Source of the DNA: Vicugna vicugna
Lineage: Eukaryota
DNA: 64,000 bases
NCBI GenBank assembly: GCA_013265495.1
Contig: MU063896.1
Location: forward strand, 15,929,140 to 15,993,139
Reading direction: 5' to 3'
Below are positions 12,801-24,800 of this stretch, piece by piece; within the stretch, counting starts at the first letter, position 1, and each line of letters starts with the position of its first letter. The notes beneath the pieces are model-generated. The model had not been told where the DNA came from. It did not search any database and saw only the letters and a list, made by a program, of their open reading frames with translations. Position numbers and translations under genes: made by a program.

Positions 12801-15800
12801 NNNNNNNNNNNNNNNNNNNNNNNNNNNNNNNNNNNNNNNNNNNNNNNNNNNNNNNNNNNNNNNNNNNNNNNNNNNNNNNNNNNNNNNNNNNNNNNNNNNN
12901 NNNNNNNNNNNNNNNNNNNNNNNNNNNNNNNCTTCTGCCCATTTTTGGATTGGGTTGTTTTGTTGTTTCTTATTAAGTCGTATGAGCTGCTTATATATTC
13001 TGGAGATCAAGCCTTTGTCGGTTTCATTTGCAAAAATTTTCTCCCAACTAACTTTTGTTAAGTCCCATTAATTGTATGTCACAAGGCTGTCAAACCTTAT
13101 TTCGTTCTGGAATATCTCTCCTAGGAACAGGGTGTTAGGGGAACCCTAATACTAACCACTTCTGAAATGAAAGGAAACTCAATGATCTAATGCAAGATGC
13201 TCAAGATAGTCCCCAAGTTTCTCTAGGCCTCCTGTGTTCTCAGCACAAAATAGAATGAATCCCAGAGTTAGTCCAAATTAAATAAGAAATGTATCCCAGA
13301 TGGATATTTAAAAAATATAAATGTTTAATCCTTTGATTCTTCCAGCTTCTGCCTGTGTCTTTGGCACAGAGTGTTGATAAAAGATGTATTGTTTTCATCC
13401 CTTGTGTTATTTATTAAATAACTTGGGTGACATCTGAGAATGGAGAACTGAAACCAAATCCTCCCCACTGTTTGCCTTGGAATAAGAAAGCACTTCAACG
13501 CTGGTTTTCCTAGATCTATTGCTCTAGTTACAAATGACACACCTCTGAGATCTAACTTGGTGAAAGATTTCCATTACATGTATCAAAATGCAATAAAGAG
13601 TGAAAAGAGCTTTTTATCACTTAGCTTGCATTCTAAGCATCAAATTATGAGACTCCTGAATTTTAATTGGTTTGTGGCCCTGTGCAGGTAATAAGTCTGG
13701 GTTTGCTAAGTATGTGCGTCCTTCACTTTGTTGTGATGTAGAAGAGACAAAATCAGTTGTAATTGAATGTTAAAGTCAAATATGGAATTTTAAAGTTGTT
13801 TTGGCTTTGGGGGAAATAAGTTTCTGCTTTTTTTCACTGAGTGTTTACTGCCATCATTTTAGTATGTATATACATCATACAACTTTTATTTATTTCACAT
13901 AAAATCCCTTTTAATGGAAAGTCGGTCAGCTATAGATAATAATAACTGGCCAAGATTGCTGTTTTATATGTTACAGTTTTCAATGTGCTTTCAGAGCATG
14001 GCGAAGTTGCTTGCTGGTGAATAACGTATTTAAGAAACATAAGTGGCTGATGAGACCGTGAGTTGGTTACAGAGTACTGAAAGCTTTTGGGAAGGAAAGG
14101 CATTCTATCATGAGTTCAGACTGCTGGAAGAAGGACAACTTAACTAAGAAATTCAAAACTATTGAAAATTTGAGTTGGTAGGTCCTCGTGGGTTTGAGAT
14201 CTAACGGACTTGAATGAGCTCCCCTCTGCTGTGTGGTAGAGATGGCAGCTTAATGAGTGCCATTATTGCTGATGAATTTTGGCCTCACTGAGCTCATACC
14301 ACGTTTAGCCAAGAGGCTTCTTACATATTTTGAGTGTACCCTTTTTCCTCTCTTTTTTAATGTCAATTTGAGGATGCTTGTCTTCTTTTTAGTGACTTAA
14401 ATGTACTGTTTCTGCTTAACGAAACTCTTCCTTTGTTCACCATAGGTGCCCCTAAACAGCTTTCCATGGCAGTCCCCTTTACCATGCAGCAACAGCCTCC
14501 CTGCAACCTGCACGACCGGGCAGAGCAAAGTGGCAGCCTGGCTACAGGACTCGGAAGAAATGGACAGGTGTGCAGAAGGTTAGTTCTTGCCCGGGGTGGG
14601 CTCTCAGGTTGAGCCAGAGAAACAGACACAAAAGGGGCAGATTGTGGGTGGGTACTGCACTTTTCACCTTCCCCACCTCCCAGCCCCCTTGATTGCCTCC
14701 ATCTTTCTTTCTTCTTCTGTTTATACCCCAGATCTTCTCCTTGCCATGACTAGGGCTCCTTACCTGTCTGTTCTCCTGCTTCCTCACAATTTAATAGGGT
14801 TTCGCCCCTACCCCGACTGCCACATACTTCAGCGCTCTCCCTCATCGCATTACCAGCTCCCTTCTGGCTTGGTTAGCCTCCCGCACCCTGAACCCTGGGG
14901 GGATCACACAGCTGAGTGCTACCTCCAGAGCACCCTCCACCCTCGCTCTTGACAGTCGGCTAGGTCCCTGCCACAGCTGCCTTCTCTGCTGCTCCATCTT
15001 GCCCATGAACAAACTTCCTGTTTCCCAGCTGCTGGCGATAAAGAGCAAACGTATACTGCATCTTACATCCCCAGTTACCTGGTAGTGGTGTTCCGCCAGG
15101 AATCGGTTATTAAATCTTCTGCACTAATACACGATTCCTTCGCTGCACCATCTCTGAGCCTCTTAATCTGCAGAAACTTTCTTCTTTCTTGTGATTAGCC
15201 TGAGCCCATTCGTCCAAACTGGATCTGCAGACCATTTCCACTCTGTGAGACAGTTTTCATTTGACCTTCAAAAATGAAAAAAGAAAACCAACGATATAAC
15301 AAGTATTTAATAAGGCTAGGTTTAATTTTAAAAGTTATTTTGAGATGATGTTCGGCCTTATTTTAAAAAACACTTTCTTTTTTTCTATTTTTTTTGAGGG
15401 GGTATGCAATTAGGTTGATTGGTTGGTTGGTTGGTTGATTGATTTAAATGGAGGTGCTAGGGATTGAACCCAGGACCTTGTGTATGCTAAGCACACACTC
15501 TACCACTGAGCTATACCCACCCCCACCCTGGGTGTAACTTTTTTAATATTAAAATTTTTTTCTTTTATGAAACTATGGTGAAAGGATATGTTAGACTATT
15601 TTATGTCCTTGCTTAGAAAAGTTGAAATTTGGCTATCTGTGTTCATGCCCCAACCAATTTTTCTTGCTCTACACATACATGAACTCAGTCAGCAACATTT
15701 TTATTAGCTGTCTTCACATCTCAAACTCAATGTTTATGTGAAAATATGGTTTTAAGGGAGCCATTATATTCATAAAGTGTGTCCAGCTGACATCCCATTA

Positions 15801-18800
15801 AAAGGATCTTACTTGGATACATTCACAAAACGCATAGACTTACTTTGACTTTAATAGACTCAGGTTGGGAAAAGAAGCTGAGCTTCACTCCCTGGAACAC
15901 TGTAGGCTTGCCTCAGTGCTCACTCTGGACAGTTCAGCCTCTCCTCTAGTTTCTGCCGCTTCACACATGCTTGTGGCATTTAACGTGGCCACCTCCATTG
16001 TTGAAAAGATTGACACAGTCTACTGGGACAGAATCTATTCATCTGATAAAAATAAATAGACATTGACTTTGATGCCAAGAAGCCCCTGGCTGCTGGGGGG
16101 ATGTATTTGTCGCCCTGTGTGCTTCAGAATCCTCTGTGGCCCATCCCTGGGCCCTCTCCCCAGTCTCGGGGTGGTCCTCCTGCCCCCCATCCTGACTGCT
16201 CTGCCTGTGTCCTCTGTCCTGCCATTCTGTTCTCCTTCAGGATTTAGTGCGATAATGAAACAACCGAAGTCTTTCCCGCTTCACTCATTCCTGCCCCAGC
16301 CTGCAGACTCCAGCTTCTCACCCATAATTTTACTTTGCCTTTTTCGTTCTATGGAAAAAGCATTCTTGGCAGCAGGAGGCCATCTGATTTATGCTGTGTT
16401 CTCAAGCCTCATCCTCTGACCCGCCCTGCAGGACTTTCTCTAATGAACCTCGTCTTTTAGGCCCCGTGAAGTTTTCCTTTTTCTTTGACTGCTCCTCCTC
16501 TGCTTCACTGGGATTCCCTTCTGGGCAGCCTTGGTTGTGGGGGTGATCAAGATTCAGTCTTTGCTTTTAGTTTCAGTAATAGTAATGAGAGTCAGAGCTG
16601 GAGCTTGATCGTGACCAACTTGATCCTAATGACTGTGCTCTGTACTTTGGAGATGATAGGCATGCTTAGAGTTTCAACTGCAATCTCTCTTTTGATGATA
16701 ACAGTGGTGACGGTGGTGGTGGTAGTGGTGGTAATGATAATGATGATGGTGGTGGTGGTAGTGGCAGTGGCTGTGGGGGAAGTTAATAGGTACTGCAGAC
16801 TTCCTGTGCAGCAGGCACTATTCTAGGTGTTTTATATGCATCAACTCATTCAATCCTTCCAACTCCATTTTGCAGGTGAGAAAACTTAGGTACAGAGAAG
16901 TTAGCTCACTTTGACCAAGTTCACACAGCCAGTCATGGTGAAGGTGGGATTCAAATTTAGGCGGTCTTACCGTATGCACCACATTTCTCTCAAAAAGGCT
17001 GGAAACTCTTTAAATCTCAGACCTCTGTATCCCACCTGTGCTGTAGTCCCACCCTCTCCCTTGCTGTTGACCCTTCTCCACACTCTGTCACACGCTCTTC
17101 TCAGCCTGTCTAAAATCAGACTCTCTGTCTCCTCCATGAAAATGCTCCCAGCTCCTGGACTTCCCTGTTTCTGTCAGTACTGCTGTCATAACCCCTCCTG
17201 AAACCTCAGGGTAGTCTTTAACCCACTCAGCCTGTTCATCCAGCTGAGACTGAGCTCTGTCATTTCTTTGAAGACTTCCCCTGTCTCCCCTCCCCCTCAC
17301 CTCCCCTTCCTCTGAAATTCCATTTCCGATGTCCTAACTCAGGCCCACCCTTTGCCCAGCCTCTGATTGCTACCCTCACTCTCAGTCTCCTGCTGTGTGG
17401 CTCCATTGTTTCAGAGGCTCCTGGGACATTACTGTTCTTGAACATGTTTGCAGCCGGTGCCAGCATTGAGCAGGCATTATCCCACTGCCCTCGGTTATGA
17501 GACGTAGGTATTACTCCTGTCCCCACTTTGCAGATGAGGAAAGTGAAATGCATGGAGGCTGAGGAATCTGCCCAAGACTGATTGCATAGCTGCCATGGTG
17601 GAGAGGCTGGGAGTCCAGCTATCCTACATTTGACTAACTTCAGAGCCAATTCTTTGTTCGCTACAAATAATATTCGCTCAAGACCACTATTTCTTAAAAT
17701 AACTTTTTGCAAAAATCCCTTCAAGTGGTCTTTCATGAGCTTTTGGGCTCTAGTCCAGACTACTTGGCCGGGTACTTAACATTCAGCTTTCAGCTCTCTG
17801 TCCCTGCCTGCCCTTTCAACCTTGCTGTCATAGGCCCATCTAAACTTATTTGCTATTTCCTGAACATACTTGCATATTCCTGCCTCCATGCTTTTGCATA
17901 AGCTGTTCTTCCCAACCTGCAGTGCCCTCTCTGCCCTTCTCCACCTTCCTATTTTGCTGACTCCTTGTCATCAATCCTCCAGACCCACAAAAGTTTCTTC
18001 TGTCTCTTTTAAGTCTGCTCTGATGACCTCAAACCACAGTAACTGCTCATTTCCTAAACTCCCACAGCACTTTTTTTGGTCTATCCCGATCATTTCATAG
18101 AGTCTACAATATTGAGGTTGGTTGCATTTCAGAAGTTCATTATATAGCATCCTCTTGAACCCATAATATATCACATTTATAGTTCTAATACTTAGAGAGA
18201 ATAGCTATTCATAGATCTGGACTTCTCTCAAACCAGATCTTCTCAAATATGTAAGGGAATTGCTTGGCTCTTGGAGAATGTTTTTTTCCCGTAGAAACAA
18301 AACATTAAGCTAATAATCTATATGCTATCCTTATGTACCAGTATATGCCATCATTAAAGATGGATACATATAGTTCAACATATAGATTATTGTGTAATTG
18401 TTTTAAACCAGAATGTAAATTCCGTGAATCTTACTTGATTGCTGCATTCCCTGTGCTTAGAACTGTGCTGGGCGCATAATGTCTTCCCAATCAGTGGTAC
18501 CTAAATGAAATAATAAATGGATATTTTAAAATATACCTTAATTTATTTTATCATTCCACAGTTGGGTCACATGTTTCTTTTTGGAACAAGGTAGAGATGT
18601 TGAGAAAATAAGTAAACTGCTAGATACTTAAGTTTTTAATTTTTTACTATTATAAACTATCTCAGGAGTCCTTTCTTGGCATAATTTTCCCTTTTTCCCA
18701 GATTCTGAAATTAGATTTAATCTTAATTTATTGAAATTCTAGAGATTTATTTTTTTAAAGATGTTTTTATTGTCTTGGGCAAATCTTTGTATTCCTTACA

Positions 18801-21800
18801 CCCAGGTGTACACTTAGGCGAGCGGTGAAATTCAGCCGAGGATTTCTTCCATATTTTAAATGATAGAAATGTCAAGGCATGGTGTGGCTTGTTCCACGTT
18901 ACAGTCCCAGAAGTATTATTAAGCCTAGTGCAATTAATACTCCATGAAGACGATTTCTGGTTTGCAAAGAATTGTCTTGTCCCCCATTCAGTTGCTACTT
19001 CCATCGGGAAGGTAAGAGGGTGGCTGGTACTGTTACCACTCGAGCATACTGCAGCTGAGACTTCCGACTCCTAGTTTTGGGTGATTTTACCTTGAATTGA
19101 GTTCATTTATCAAGTTCTCTTTCCATTCTGTTAGAAAGGGTTTTAAGCCCCATTTCTAGATTTCTGTGCTACACTACAGGTACCATTTGTGTAGAATAAT
19201 CACGATTATTAAGAAGTATGAATGTAATATTTACTGGATAGAAGGCTCAGTGGGTAGGTAATGTTAGACAATGTCCCTCCCAGCACAATGCTTGTGATGT
19301 AGTTTTGTTCTTTAAAAGGCCAGTTAAAATATAGGTCTCTTCAGCCATCTCCTTTCTCCTTTTCCTTCTAACCCCTCCCTTCCAATTGGCATTGTTTTCT
19401 CCCTCATTCCTTCCTTCCCTTTTGTCGTCTGTATTTCCACCCTTCCAAGCCACTCACCTTATTTTCTCTGTGGGGGAAATGAGAAGAGTACAAACGTGCT
19501 GCCTCCCCTGCAAAGGGGGTTGGTGGCGGAAGGGCACCAGCCGCCTTAGCACTTTCTTCCACCACCTCCACTGGGTGATTTCCTCTCTTAAGGAATTCAA
19601 AGGCCACTGATGGCCCAGAGTTCCCTGGAAGATCAACAGCCGCACTTGAGCAGCCCACCCAGTCTCCACCCTAAGGCAGATGCTGCCAAGAGAAGGGACC
19701 TGGAAGAGACCTGGACCCAATGTATTGCTGCTGCCCTCCTCTCTGTCAAGTGTGCAGAGATCCTGAGTCCTGATAAAGACCCTCATAGCAGTTAGCCATC
19801 TATTTTATTTTATATGCAGCAAAAAACCCACCAAAAATGTCAAAAATCCCCAAACACAACTATCTATGCTTTTTGACCCAGCTAATCCTTAGCTGCAACC
19901 TAACAGTGATATTTTGTTGCCTGTACCATATCCGTAACAATTCAGACCTTTGAGATTTAATGAGAAACAGAGATAATATAATTGAAATTTTTACCAACTG
20001 GCTACAAAAATAGGAAAAACCACTTTATGATATAACAGATTCATAGACATGCCCTATTGCAGTCTCTACTAAACAGTACACATGTAAAAGTTATCACATA
20101 ACTGGGAGCCATGTTGTAAATATGATAATAATTAATTAATAATTAAAATAATGAATATGTAATACTAAAACTCAACATTCTTGACTGTAATTTCACAAAG
20201 TCAGTTTTTGAGTGGTATTTTTTTGGTATGCACATCTTTAAAAACTGTTTTCAAGTACACCTCCCAAAGTTGTTTTTTAGTTTAGAAGTCATTTCTTCGT
20301 TCTAAACAGAATGAAGAAACTCATTCAAGCAGAAGGAATTTCATACCCAAGTGATGCTGTTGCTGCTAGTCCAGGGAACACACTTTGAGAATATCTGATT
20401 TTGTTTAGTATGTCTCTAATAGATTTTAAAGAAATCACTGCAACATTGTTAGTGAGCTCAATTACAGATAAATATGTTCATCTTGACTTTGATCTTATTT
20501 TTCTGAACTTGACTTTGACTCCACCCAAATTCCAGGCAGCCACCTTGTAAACTATTTTAGGAGCAGGCAGACAGGTTTCTAATAACAAAACCATACAACT
20601 GCTGAAGTTCTCTTGAGGGTGCTTCTAAGGTGACAGAGGCCTCTTCAGCAGGAAAATGGGCACATCCAATTTCACTGAGACTTTAATGACTCTCTACACT
20701 AATAACTGTTCATTTGTAAGAGTGGGCTTTAAAGTAATTCAATAAATAATCAGTGATTTTATGGTTCTAAACCAGAGAAGGGTCTGTTCTCTTTGATTTG
20801 TCAGTATCATTGTTCTGTAAACATGCATCTTCCTGATCTATGCAAATACATAATTTGGATAGACTGCCTTATATTACCACCACCACCTCTCCCTGCCCAG
20901 TTCTAACATGTTCTTATTTCTGATTTGTATTAGACCTTGCACACTGCCAGTCAAACCTCGTGGAACTTAGCAAACTCCTGCAAAATTTGGAAATACTTCA
21001 GAGAACTCAGTCAGCACCTAACTTTACTGACATGCAGGTAAACATATTATTGCTGCTGGTCAAAGGACCTTAAGATATTCACTCAGAAGTTTTACTGGAT
21101 TGTTCTGTGAATATATAAGGTAACGTTTAAAGGACAATAACTACAGCACAGGTTAGTTTATATTCTGGAGTTATTCTTAATGTTTTTGAATCTTGATGTC
21201 ATTGTGTTAATTAAGATGTCTTTTTGAAATGTCTTACATTGAAATACAAACTAACTCCAGTAAGTAAATATCTGAGTCATTCTTCCACGTTTGTGTTGTG
21301 TTAGAAATAATAGTTGTGAAGCTATAAGTTAGATCCTCTCAGAATTATTACTGTCTTTTCATGTAGGAAAAATGCTAAAGATCTCTATTCCTGTTTTCAT
21401 TTTGTATAGCAGAAAAATATGTTTTATGATTAAGTTTTTGTCTCTGCTTTTAATGCCCACTGTGCATCAGTTATGCCTTTATCTCCTGGCCAGTTTGCTT
21501 TAGGCGTCTAACAATGATTCTTTACTAACTTGCTGTGCTCTCTTTGTCTATGCCTGTATCGTCTGTGTTAACTTAAAAATACTTTGTTGCTTTTAACTGT
21601 TTGTGTAACATAGGCTAACTGTGTAGATATTTCAAAGAAAGACAAGCGGGTCACAAGACGATGGAGAACAAAAAGTGTCAGCAAAGACACAAAAATACAA
21701 CTGCAGGTACAGACTTTACTTTTCCTTCATTCATATTTTTATATATTTTTAATATGCTAGTCTTTATATATCATCAGTTCATAGAAGTTAAAAAGTTTAA

Positions 21801-24800
21801 AGCAGCTTATAACTACTTTGAAGCTAGTGCTTTTCAGAGTGAGTTATATTATCTAAAATAGCAAGAAATCTATTCTTATTCTGGCAGGAGTAAAAAAGAA
21901 TTTAAAAGAGAAGTTAAAATTATGTAATATGGCTGCAAAGTGGCATTTTCATTCTCAGTTATGGTCTCTGGACCATTAAACATATTTTAACAAAAAGTCA
22001 CCTTAAAAATTTATACTGAAAATCAAATGGGTTGTAATGAACATTCATTTATAAATACTAGATTTTAAAAGAGCCTTTTATGTATTAACTTTGTCCAAAC
22101 TTGTATCTATCAATAAGTGACGATTGCAATAAGCTGGAAATTAACAAACTTGGGTTCTAGTCTAATCACTGTGATTTCCTGGCAGTATAATCTCATGCAT
22201 TTCTGTTAAATTTTCTGGACTTCCATTAGCTGCTGGGTAAAGTGATGATAGTTGACTTAATGATCTCTGAGTTCCCTTTCAACTCTAAAATTCTATGCTT
22301 CTACAAAAATAGATACTATTGGCCATCAACAATCACTTAAAATCTCAACTGAATTCTTAATGGCTCCTAATAAATTTTCTTGAAATTCATTTTGAATTAG
22401 CTATTTAGTTGAATGAATAGTTTTAAATTTTTAAATTAAGATCCTCTTATCACATTACATCGCAATGATATGAAATATGGTAAATGCCTAAAACCTTTTA
22501 TGTCAAAATTCATGCTACTTTCAGATCTTTAAACTAGAATTTCTTCTACTCCAATCCTAGCTTTGTATTATAAATAACTCTTCCCTGCACAATCAAAATT
22601 AGACTTATGATTTTGCATTTCTTTTTATTACACTATAAATCAATCTATATTCTAACACAAAGGTAGTAAAGGAACTGCTTTTTAGAATTCTTCAGTGTCT
22701 TTTAAGTAAGAATAATAATTCTTCCTTAATTCCGATTTTATTGGTAACATTCTTTGTGTTGTAATTCTGAATGTGTAAATAACAAACTGTTGCTTTGCTG
22801 GCTAATCTGCTGTATTTGAAAATAAATTTTCACAAGAATTAAAGATCCATGGTTTTTTATTTAGAATATCCACATTCTATGAACACAATTTTTTGTGGTC
22901 TTTTGTTCAGTATGTGCTTGTGTGTTTTTCCTTCTATTCAGAAAATTAATACTGTAGAGATAGATGTGCCAGATGACTTCACAAGAAGATTACCTAAAAT
23001 TGCTTTTGGCGGTTTCATGTCTTTTGAGTGTGTGATTGTCTAGTTTTGTGAGTTTTGAGTTTTTTGTTTTTAAGCATGGAATCTATGGTTATCATAGCCA
23101 GGAAAAAAGAACCATTATAAGCAAAATAATTGAAGAAGGCCAGCATCATAAGAACATATACATTTGTGGATAGATATCAATTCAATCTTGTTTTTATAAG
23201 ATATGGGTAAACAGATTCCCATTCACAGCTGTGGTCTGGAGCAGGTTCGTCCTCAGTGAGTCTGAGTGAGTGCCCCTGGCTGCTCTGCTGTGGTAGCAAG
23301 GCCCACTGTGGCCTCCATATCGCTCAGGTTTTTTTTTGAAGGAAACAGAATGCAACTCTGAATAGCCCTCCTAGTTACTGTGCTTTTCAGCGTGCGGAGA
23401 GTTTATGAAAATCTTTTCAGTCATCAAAAGACATTGCTAAAAAAGCAGGGAAATAGGCTTCATTGATCTTCCTGTCACATTTTTGGATGGTTTGTTTGTT
23501 CTTACATTTTTGTTTATGCTATTTTGCCTTGTTTTTGTATTGCCAGGGAGTAACAAAATGGCCCTTGTGATTCTGGTTTAATTATTTGGGGGGAAATTGA
23601 AATCATCTCATCCCCACACTCAAAGAAAACATTAAACTTTCTAAAGTAGGAGATTTAGTTCCAACTCCAATGGAAACAACTAGCCTGAGAGGTGGCAATA
23701 AGCTATTAATCATTCCCAGAGAAACCTTACTTGCACTTGAACTGGCCAGACAAAGGATCATAGGGTGAATGCTGCAGAATTTAGTACCATCCCTAGACTA
23801 ACAACCCAAACCAACATGCCTTCCAGGATCCCTCAGGATGCCCATTCTCTACCACTGCGAAGTCACTTGAAGTTTCTTCAGCACGCACTCTTGGCTGGGG
23901 AACTATAAAACCAGCCAGTGATGACTGTGACTGCTCTAAACATTATCAGTATTTTACCCACAGAAAGGCATAGCATTTGTTTTTACTGTAGTAGATTAAA
24001 CATACCCACCACCTTCTCCCTAAGGCACAGGTTTTCCCTCCTGCTTTAAATGTTTCTTGACCATTAGAATCCCATCTCATGGTGCTCAGTATTCGTTTTG
24101 AGCCCATAATCATTTCATTACTTGAACCACTTTCTCGGATGGTCATTGTTGTGGCCAACTGGAGAGACTTTTTGTAGTAAATGGCTTATTTTTCATCCCC
24201 TCTCTAGTCTGGAACTTTTAGTCCACCAGCCATGTGTGAAGGGACCTAGACTGTCTGGTGGTGGTCATGGTGGTTATTGTCACTGCTGCTGTTATTGTGG
24301 GTGTTGTTTTATTGAACTTCGTATTCAGCATTCCGTAGAGTTATAATTTTGAAATAATTATAAAATAGATTATTTTAAAAATTGACCTTAGGGAAGTAGA
24401 AATGATGAGCATGTTATACTGGATGTTTCATTGCTTATTTTCACCTGAGTTAGATTATGCTGTTGATTTGAATGTGAAGGTTAAATTTTGGACCCATATG
24501 GCCATATTTCTACTAAAAGCTACTGGGAAGCTAGCTCAGGAATCCATTGTGTAATTCACTGAAGGCAACAGTTGTCCTAGAAGGCTCTGTGGAATTACCT
24601 TTCAGAAAAAATACTTCCTGTGTCCCCAGCTTCAAATTTCTGGTTCTGATAAACAATCTCAGTATCACTATTATGCAGAAACAATTTGGTTATGTTTTAA
24701 ATGAGGTAGAGGAGGGCAGGAAGAGAATGATTTTATAAGGATTGCTACAAAAGAGACTGCGGCTAAACTTCCTATGTTGCTAGTAGCATGAATTAAATAC

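Noticed and set aside
16485-16826. 113-aa ORF with a long Val/Met run resembling a transmembrane segment
   Set aside because: Product of the (GGT/GAT)n tract running into a MIR; no gene structure.
23760-23930. C/A-rich stretch resembling mitochondrial DNA, with TATAAAA near 23905
   Set aside because: No recognisable mitochondrial gene sequence; an isolated TATA is uninformative.
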